Source: the human T2T-CHM13v2.0 reference genome, Homo sapiens. Taken from it: a stretch of DNA of 64,000 nt. The stretch lies in the NCBI RefSeq assembly GCF_009914755.1, contig NC_060940.1; one strand, written 5' to 3'. Every line of letters starts with the position of its first letter. The first letter of the stretch is position 1. The notes beneath the pieces were generated by a model. That model did not search any database, was not told the DNA's origin, and saw only the letters and a program-made list of their open reading frames with translations. Both the position numbers and the translations under genes were made by a program. Shown one piece after another: positions 54,619-64,000 of this stretch.

Positions 54619-55440
54619 CTGCAAAGCAAATGGTTTATTTATACACATAAGACCTCAGCAGACAGCGACTTCCTTGCTGCTGGCTCACCCTCTCGTTACT
54701 AGCCTCAGAGCATGACTCCCTTTATGTAGAATGTGTGCAATTTGAAACACATGTCGATCAACAAAATGTAGTTGGTCAAAAGGAACAAATGTCCAAGGCC
54801 TTCTGAAACTCTTATCGTTTTTGGCCTGGCACACCTTCTCCCAAACAGTCGTTGAGTATAAAAATGAAAAGTGTAATCTTTTGAAAAGAAAAGTCGTGAG
54901 TACAGAAATGAAAACTGTATTGGTTGTCCAGACAAATTGGTCTACAAGTTTTTCAAGCCGTTTTTAGTGAGTGGGAAGCTGTTATAACACTGTGAGTTAA
55001 CTGGTAAAAGTCTTCATAGGATCCAGTGCTACACTCTAGCCCAGTAACTTGTCTCCAACTAGTTAAATTTAGAAGAAAGGTTAAGCCCTTGACTCTCACA
55101 TAGGCACCAACATACAAGTATGTGGCTATTCATGGGAGCTTCCTTGTAATCATGAACAGTTCTGGAGAAAGCTGTGCTGGGATGAAGAAGGTCTATAGAG
55201 CTTAGAGGGAAAATACTCCTCAGTCCTCCAAGGAGTTCCTCTAAAACTGGAAACTAGCAGCGTTCTGAAAAATTGAGAAGCCGCCTGTGTGTGTTATTCC
55301 TGCCCTCTGAAGAAAGTTTTTAGTGGATGTTCTGCCCAGAACTGACTTCTTAGGAATTAAACTGTTTCTTTGATGGAGGCAGCCAAAGCCATGGAGGAAC
55401 ATTCCTGCCTGTAAACAAGTAATCCCGTGACACGCCTTAC

Positions 55441-55661
55441 CTGCAATACATGAGGCACTGCTTCTAATAACTCAATCAGCTTGGAGTATCCGTAGTCTGA
55501 CACTCGGCACTGCTTTGCAAAATGATGGTGATAGGATGGGATGAAATGACTGATGGGTATGACACAAGATGGCTGGCTTTTCAGCAAGTCAATCACTTCT
55601 CTACTGAACTGGATCAGCTGGGGGTTACCTACAGGACTCTTCGAACGCAGAAGCCAAGGGT
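55441..55661 (-). CDS. MARF1: MARF1 coding exon, 221 nt, LOTUS repeat (DPWLLRSKS...EAVPHVLQ)
   Basis: ttcttctAG acceptor and CAG|GTAAGG donor; phase 1-0. Confidence 0.95.
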
Positions 55662-56547
55662 CTAGAAGAAAAAGAACGTGTATAAGACAGAAAGCACAGA
55701 TTTCACCAGCTGAAAGAAGGGAAAATGGCCCTGCAGTCCCTGGCTTGAGTTCGATCATGGGGAAGCAAACAAAACCAAATACAGTAGCTGCTTTACGTCT
55801 CAGTTTCTATATTCAGGTCTCATAGTCCAATAACTAGCTAACTAACTTATTCACGGGCTGTCAAATGCTGTCCCACTAATCCTCAAAGTTAAGCGGCCAA
55901 GGTAAAGCAGAGTCTACTATAGTGTTATTTATAGCAGAAGTCAAAGTACACAAGAAGCTCCCAGTTTAGAAACTAGTTATATTTCCAAGATCCTTCTGAA
56001 ACTTGGTCATGTGGAACGTACCTTTCCACAAAGTTATAAATGGTCATCAGGTAGGTGGCCCAGAAGAGCAAAATTAATCCATAGTGGAGCTGAAAACGTT
56101 ACCCAGAAAACCACAGAAAGTGATAATGTTGTAAGATTAGCATGACATAAAAGGGTGTAAGGAACAGGTTTTTGCACCATCTTGACTGCTTATACCTATT
56201 AAAAAGGTATAAGTAATCAAACGGAAATCTTTATAGAAAGGTGGAGAGGCTTGCTGGTCGCGGCGGCTCATGCCTGTAATCCCAGCACTTTGGGAGGCTG
56301 AGGCGGGCGGATCACGAGGTCAGGAGATCGAGACCATCCTGGCTAACAAGGTGAAACCCCGTCTCTACTAAAAATACAAAAATAAATACAAAAAAATTAG
56401 CCGGGCGTGGTGGCAGGCACCTGTAGTCCCAGCTACTCAGGAGGCTGAGGAAGGAGAATGGCATGAACCCAGGAGGTGGAGCTTGCAGTGAGCCTAGATT
56501 GCACCACTGCACTCCAGCCTGGGCCACAGAGCGAGATTCCGTCTCAA

Positions 56548-56586
<39 letters not shown>

Positions 56587-57615
56587 AATAAAATAAAATA
56601 AAATAAAATAAAAAGCGGAGGCTTGTGGGCTCATGGCTTAGGAGAAAGGAGGAGTGGCATAATCTATGGCCCCTGAGAAGTCTAAGACAGAGGGAAAAGA
56701 AAGGAGGTGTCCCGTAAGAAACCTGAGTACACACATTCCTAAGAGCAGGCTGACTCAGAAAGAATTCCTTGGTTATCCTCACCTTTTTTCCTGTAGGGTA
56801 AGGGAGGTGGGAGAAGCAAAAGTGTTGGGGACAAAGAGGAGGAAGTATGTGTGTATACACAGGAAGGCAACAAGTAAAGTGTCGTTCACGGGCAGCAGCC
56901 TTGGATATCTGCAACTCAGGACATGCCCGTAACTCAGACACTCACCCAAGTCTAGGTCCAAATACCTTGGTCTTTTAAATTTATTTTCACATTTATCAAA
57001 GTCCAAAACGTGGACCAAAATGACTTTCGAAGGTAAATCTGCATTAAGTGGTATTTCCTTCAAATACCTGAAAGTACTTTTTTTTTTAAAGACAGAGTTT
57101 CGGCCAGGTGCGGTGGCTCACGTCTGTAATCCCAGCATTTTGGGAGGCTGAGGCGGGCGGATCACGAGGTCAGGAGATCGAGACCATCCTTGCTAACACG
57201 GTGAAACCCTGTCTCTACTAAAAATACAAAAAAAATAGCCGGGCGTGGTGGCAGGCGTCTGTAGTCCCAGCTACTCGGGAGGCTGAGGCAGGAGAATGGT
57301 AATGAACCGAGGAGGCGGAGCTTGCAGTGAGCTGAGATCCGGCCACTGCACTCCAGCCTGGTGACAGAGGGTGACTCCGTCTCAAAAAAAAAAAAAAAAA
57401 AAAAATCCTGGGCGCGGTGGCTCACACCTGTAATCCCAGCACTTTGGGAGGCTGAGGCGGGCGGATCATGAGGTCAGGAGATCAAGACCATCCTGGCTAA
57501 CAAGGTGAAACCCGTCTCTACTAAAAATACAGAAAAAAAAAAAAATTAGCCGGGCGTGGTGGCGGGCGCCTGTAGTCCCAGCTCCTCAGGAGACTGAGGC
57601 AGGGGAATGGCGTGA

Positions 57616-57846
<231 letters not shown>

Positions 57847-58324
57847 TGATTTTTCTATTTTTAGTAGAGATGGGGTTTCACCATGTTGGCCAGGCTGGTC
57901 TTGAACTCCTGACCTCAGGTGATTTACCCACCTCAGCTTCCCAGAGTGCTGGGATTACAGGTGTGAGCCAACAGGCCCAGCCCCTGAAACTATTTTTAAA
58001 AGGTCAGTCAACTGGCAAGCCAAAAGCTTCACAAAATTAGGTTGCTAAAAGGATCTGTAAATGTGAAATTTGAGTTTCAAATTTTTTACATAGCTTATGT
58101 TGGTACTTTCAAACTGGCCAGGTGTGGTGGCTCATGCCTGTAATCCCAGCATTTTGGGAGGCCATAGTGGGACGACATCTTCAGCTCAGGAGTTCAAGAG
58201 CAGCCTGGACAACACAGCAAGGCCCTATCTAAAAAACAAAGTCTAGGCCGGTTGCTGTGGCTCAGGCCTGTAATCCCAGCACTTTGGGAGGCGGAGGCAA
58301 GTGGATAATGAGGTCAAGAGATCA

Positions 58325-58653
<329 letters not shown>

Positions 58654-58731
58654 TTAAAATAAAAGCCAATAGCCTCCTCTGGTCTCATAGTGGACAGGTG
58701 GTAGCTCCAGGACAAAATACCTGACACCTAC

Positions 58732-58907
58732 CAGTGTTGGGAGGCGGGGGCTTGTTGTGAATCCATTTAACCACTTTGATGCCATTCTGAGCAGTGGCAA
58801 TGTTTACACCTGGAACACAGGTAATGAAGTGTTCTAAGGGAACACCTCCTTGGTTTTCTTGCACTACTTCTAGATCGCCAAACTCTGCAATGTAACAATC
58901 TGGAAAG
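58732..58907 (-). CDS. MARF1: MARF1 coding exon, 176 nt ([10 protein letters not shown]...NKPPPPNT)
   Basis: atttcAG acceptor and G|GTAGGT donor; phase 2-1. Confidence 0.92.
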
Positions 58908-59485
58908 CTGAAATAGGAAAAAACAACAAAAAAAGGAAAGGTTAAATCAAAATAACAGAAAAGGAGGCGCTTGCTAAACAGAAGGCTTTGGTTTAATGTA
59001 TGTGTTAATCATTTGTCTGAATGCCCACCACCAGGTTTGAAGGTTAAAATTAAGGACCCAGGGAGGCAAGCACTGAGGCACTGGCCTCTCTGATGCATTC
59101 TGATGGCATTTTCTGGGTAGTTTTCCAGGAGGGGGATTAAAAATAGGGCAACTGGGCTCCAAGTCAGTTACGCGTCTGCTTCCACATCAGCAGGGACGTG
59201 CAGGCCACTGAGTCCTGTGTTGGCCTTTGTGTTAAGTCTACTGTTGTGGCTCATGGAGTGATTAAATGAACTTCTGAAGAATACTTTTCTCTCACAAGTC
59301 TTGAAATGTATGCATATTTGAAGCTGTGTACTCTCAACACTTGTGGAGATTTCGACTGCAGCACTTATGATACATCTCCCCTCTGTGGAAGAATCTGCCC
59401 TCCTCACGTTTACGTTTCTAAAATGTAGCGCAAACACACATTTTCTTGTTGAAGTACTGAGTGAATGGATCCCATTTCAGATAAA

Positions 59486-59813
59486 CAGTCACGTGCTGCT
59501 TCATGATGGGGATATGTACTCAATAATGTGTTGCTGGGTGATTCTGTCACCTGAGAACATCATCAGGTGCACTTATGCAAACCTAGATGCTGCGGCCCAC
59601 TGCACACCTAGGCTGGTGCAGCCCATGGTTCCCGAGCTACACATCTGGACAGCCTGTTACTGTACTACACACTGTGAGCAACTATAACACAATGGTATTT
59701 GTGTATCTAATCATCGAAAGGTCTAGTGAAAATATGTGATTATAATCTTATGGGACCACTGTCCTATATACAGTCCATGGTTGGCCAAAATTTTGTTATG
59801 TGGTGCATGACTG
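59486..59813. mobile_element. Tigger3/Golem-like MITE
   Basis: cagtcacgtg...gcatgactg-TA terminal inverted ends. Confidence 0.7.
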
Positions 59814-59953
59814 TACTTTGACTGAAGGCTAAACACATGAGGATGAAGCATTGTAGAGTACTTATTTGTAAAGAGATGTGGGCAGAAAGGGCAGGCTTCC
59901 TATAAAAAGCAGAACTAGGGCATTATATCGACAAAGGCTTTGAGATGGTTCAC

Positions 59954-60073
59954 CTCAATAAAGGCACGGTGCCCTCGTGGGTCTGGAGAAGACTGTGAAC
60001 CTGGGGCGCAAATGTCTTCAAAGAAAGAATCACAAAAGGAATCTTGTAAGAGTCTGGATCAAATTCATGTTCG
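59954..60073 (-). CDS. MARF1: MARF1 coding exon, 120 nt ([13 protein letters not shown]...EGTVPLL)
   Basis: ttcttcAG acceptor and AG|GTGAAC donor; phase 2-2. Confidence 0.92.
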
Positions 60074-60200
60074 CTGAAGAAAAGAGAACACAATTGGAAG
60101 CTGACATTCCGCAGGGGTCTAAGATGTTCACAAGGTCATCCTAACATGTTCCACAATCTTATAGAAAAGAATTACTTCTAAAGGAAAACGAACGGCACAC

Positions 60201-60437
60201 CTGAAATCCTTATTGGAACAATGCTGTCTGCAGACAGGCTCGTGATATTCTAACTCTTCAAATATAATTGGGCTGCAATTCGTGGAGGAGCCGTCGTGTG
60301 ACTGGGAAGACCCCAAGGGGCTCTGGCGGGCCTGACTGCTGGGTAGGAGACACACCAGCCGTCCGTTTCCTTGTTCACGGATTGCGACCGTGTCTGTTAA
60401 TTTATATAGATCTGACACATTCAACTTGTGTCCAAAC
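60201..60437 (-). CDS. MARF1: MARF1 coding exon, 237 nt ([13 protein letters not shown]...CSNKDF)
   Basis: cttttAG acceptor and AG|GTGTGC donor; phase 2-2. Confidence 0.94.
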
Positions 60438-62879
60438 CTAAAAGCAAGAGAAGAGAGACGCTGACTTAGAAGGTTTTTCTTTGATTATACAGAAACACGC
60501 ATCCTGTTTAAATAAAGAACAATAACCAAGAATGGTTCCTCCATCTCTTCAAAGGTAAAACTGGAATAATTCTACTACAAATTCATTCACTAGCAAACCA
60601 GTGATGCTTGGTACTCCTGAGTCGTCTCTGGCTCCGACCATGACAATGCTCACTTCATTTGAAAGCCACCCCCAGCCCCTGCCCAGTTTCTTTAAGTGAC
60701 CTCACCAAATTCTCTTGAGTTGGAAACCTCTCTCGATGCAGCTCCCCTCACTTCCAATTCTCTGTGTTACTTCTCACCATCCCCATTCTCCCCTCTCAGA
60801 AGTATATGTGCTTTCCGTGACCCTCTCAACTCTCCTATGCCTCAACTGCATGATCCACACACCCTCTGACACTGGACTCCCCAGTTCTCCTCCTGACCTG
60901 TATCTTTCTTACTTGGAACTTAAAGGCACTGGCCCTGGAGGCTGGCAGATTTGAGTTCACATCCTGACTCCACTTCAACCTGTGTGACCTTAGTCAAGTT
61001 CCACGACCAATCGGGGCCTCACTTTTTCCATCTGTAAAATGGGGTGATGATAGCGCCTATCTCACAGGGTCAATGTGAGGATTAAGTGTGGTTAGGCCTG
61101 GACAGAACTTGGCTCATAGTAAGTGCTCAGTAAGTGTTCCCTGGTCTTCTCACTGTCTGACCAGTGTTTTCTTCCCAGTGTCCTACATATGCTCAGATTC
61201 CCATCTACCAAACCAGCCCCTGGTCCTCTTCCACCTCCCGGAGAGACACACTCTCCCTTGTACTCTCATTCTCAGTCTCGTACTCTACCCTGTCCCTGTA
61301 ATGGAAACATCCAGCTGCTCAGGAGCTGCTTCTGCTGTGTTACCCCCGAGTCTCTCAGCCCCTTCCCTACTGGATTTTAGCCACAGGACTCTGTAGTGAT
61401 GACTCAAAAGTTATCAGCGGCCTCTGCCTCATCCCCACACCTCATGCATTTCCTCATGGCCTTGGATCCCCCCATTCCTGATGTGCTCTCTTGGCACACA
61501 TCCTGGGTGCTCGCCCACATCCCTGGCCCTGGTGGCATTCCATCCATTCCTGCCCTCTATTTCTCCTTCCCCCTCCCAACCTTATCTGCTCTCTAGTCTG
61601 TCCCAATCGTCTTAAAGGCAAATGACTGCCCTATCTCCAGAGCCTACTTCTCTCCCAAAGAAGTCCCTCAATGTGCAGAAGACTATGTGACCTCTCCACC
61701 CAGCTACTCCAATGGCCCCTAAAACCTGAATGTCCAAAACCAAGACCAAAAACTTGCTGTACCTCCTTGCCATGCTTTATTTCCCTATTTCCAGTTTAAC
61801 TGTGCAACCATCATCCCAGTCATGCAAGGCAAAACACTCAGAATCAAAATGACCTCTCCCTTTTACCTTGCTTGCTACATAAAACTAGTTACTCTGGCTG
61901 GACGTGGTGGCCCGTGCCTGTAATTCCAGCACTTTGGGAGGCCTAGGAGGGAGAATCACTTGAGGCCAGGAGTTCAAGACCACCCTGGGCAACATAGCAA
62001 AACCCCCTCATTACAAAAATTAAAAAATATTAACTGGGCAGGATGGCGGATGCCTGTGGTCCCAGCTACTCAAAAGGCTGAGATGGGAGGATCATCTGAG
62101 TCCAGGAGTCTGAGGCTGCAATGACCTAGGGTCGTGCCCCTGCACTACACCCTGGGTGACAGAGTGAGACCCTGGCTCAATAAAAATTGTTTTTAATAAA
62201 AAAAATTAGTTACCCACTCTAGTTTCAATGACATTTGACATTTTGACATTTCTGTAACATCGAGTTCTGTCCCAACAGTATCTGCTCTGAATTTGGACTG
62301 ATGTAGCTACTTTCCCTCTCTGCCTCCTTCTCTCCCCTGTTCCTGCCCTCTCAGACACCACTGCTACGAGAAGAGTCTTCCTGCAGCATGATTCCCATCA
62401 CCACACCTTTCCCCTCCCCTCCTTCCTCCAGCACTTCAGTGGCTCCCTATTACCTGTGGGATAATGGCCAAGTTCCTTGTTCTTCCCTTCCTCTGTGTTC
62501 TCAAAGCTTTTTCTCCTCCTTTCCAATCAGTTTTCTTCACTGTCCATAAGGATTCACGAGCATTTTCTCTTCCCGCTAGACATAAGCTCCTCAAGGACAA
62601 GACCTAAGTCTTGCCCAGTTCTGCCTTCTCTGCAGTGCCTTGGTCTTGTACTCACTAGTCCCTGCTAAGCATCTACTATGGGCTGGGTGCTTAGGATACA
62701 GTATTATGGCAGAGCTAGTCCCTGCTGTCCTGGAGCTTATAGTCTAGTGCTTAAAAATGTTCATCCAATAAATACTAAAACTTGGCCAGGCGCAGTGGCT
62801 CACACCTGTAATCCTAGCACTTTGGGAGGCTAAAGTGGGCAGATCACTTGAGGTCAGGAGTTTAAGACCAGCCTGGCTA

Positions 62880-63074
<195 letters not shown>

Positions 63075-63352
63075 TTAAAAAACAAACAAACAAACAAAAA
63101 AAACAAACTAAAGCTAGTCAATTAGGGGAAAAATAAGCACAACACTGAGGACCAAAGGTCTAACTTTGTTAAAAATAAAAGACGTTTTAAAACTGTCTGC
63201 TAAACATTCATTGACATGTAAATCTGAATGCCAGTGTCTCTGTCTCCTCTCCTCTACCAGGCTGAAGTTCCTCAAGAGTCATTACCATGGTTTTGTGCAT
63301 GTAAGCCACCAATCAGTACTGACTGGATAAAGAAAAAATATACCTAACTTAC

Positions 63353-63433
63353 TTTTTTTCATAGATATCTGTAAATTTAAACAGAGGCAGGCAACAGGCA
63401 GGGGCATCCTGAAGAACAGACATTGTTTCTGCA
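63353..63433 (-). CDS. MARF1: MARF1 coding exon, 81 nt ([26 protein letters not shown]), start of the first LOTUS repeat; the gene continues beyond the window
   Basis: ttttacAG acceptor and AA|GTAAGT donor; phase 2-2. Confidence 0.9.
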
Positions 63434-64000
63434 CTGTAAAACAGAAGTTTGATTAGGGAACAGACCATTTCCTCCATATTACAAGTTATATAAACAGAGT
63501 TCATAAAATTAACCCAGTGCATATGCAAAATAAATTTACGGATTTCTGGTATGTCAGAATGTATTTTCCAGAAAAATTTAAAGAAAGGATTTTAGGGACA
63601 AGGCAATGAAAGAAGATTACGTTACACAGTAGAATTAGTATCAATCATAGGGTTTTCCACACCAGTGGAGCAGAAAAGCATGATGAATTCAGAGCAAAAG
63701 GGAGAAGAGCTTAAATATCTCCTGCCACACTGCAGTTTGTTAGATATATGTGATTGGCGTTCCCATAGATAAGGATACACAACTGAATACAACATAATCT
63801 CAACTACAGTTTTAAAAAACCAGAGGCACCAAAAAACGCTCAAAGGGAAAAAATCCAAACAAAACTAAAAGAAGATGCCAAACTGTTAAGTGCAATTGGC
63901 TTTGGGCCATAGGCCTGTGGATGGTTTTTTTTCCCCTGCTTCTTTTATGTTTCTAAACTTTCCAAATTTTCTTCAATAAGCATCATTTTTATTCTGAGAA

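Overview
This is primate (human-like) genomic DNA, not microbial. It holds the 3' ends of two convergent genes known from 16p13.11. BMERB1/C16orf45 (+ strand) contributes its last 4 coding exons (10788-29635), ending in a CaaX box, plus its 3'UTR. MARF1/KIAA0430/limkain-b1 (- strand) contributes its last 15 coding exons (63433-39552, about 862 codons of LOTUS/OST-HTH repeats and C-terminal tail) and a ~2.3 kb 3'UTR; MIR6506 lies inside one coding exon. All exon calls have GT-AG boundaries and mutually consistent phases. The rest is dense in Alu, LTR, DNA-transposon, L1 and L2 sequence. Most ORFs in the supplied track are Alu- or repeat-derived noise. The most unusual structures are: (1) a 226-bp near-perfect inverted duplication with a fold-back junction; (2) a ~390-bp GAA/GAC/GAT tract that is in frame behind a cryptic MARF1 acceptor and would give a Ser-rich alternative C-terminus; (3) a sense-oriented 3'UTR-only retrocopy carrying a poly(A) signal inside a BMERB1 intron; (4) multi-layer nested LTR stacks with readable TSDs; (5) an almost spacer-less inverted Alu pair; (6) a hairpin hiding AATAAA on both strands; (7) many local templated duplications. 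None of these is demonstrated to be a new biological system. Repeat family names are from recognition, not from a database search.
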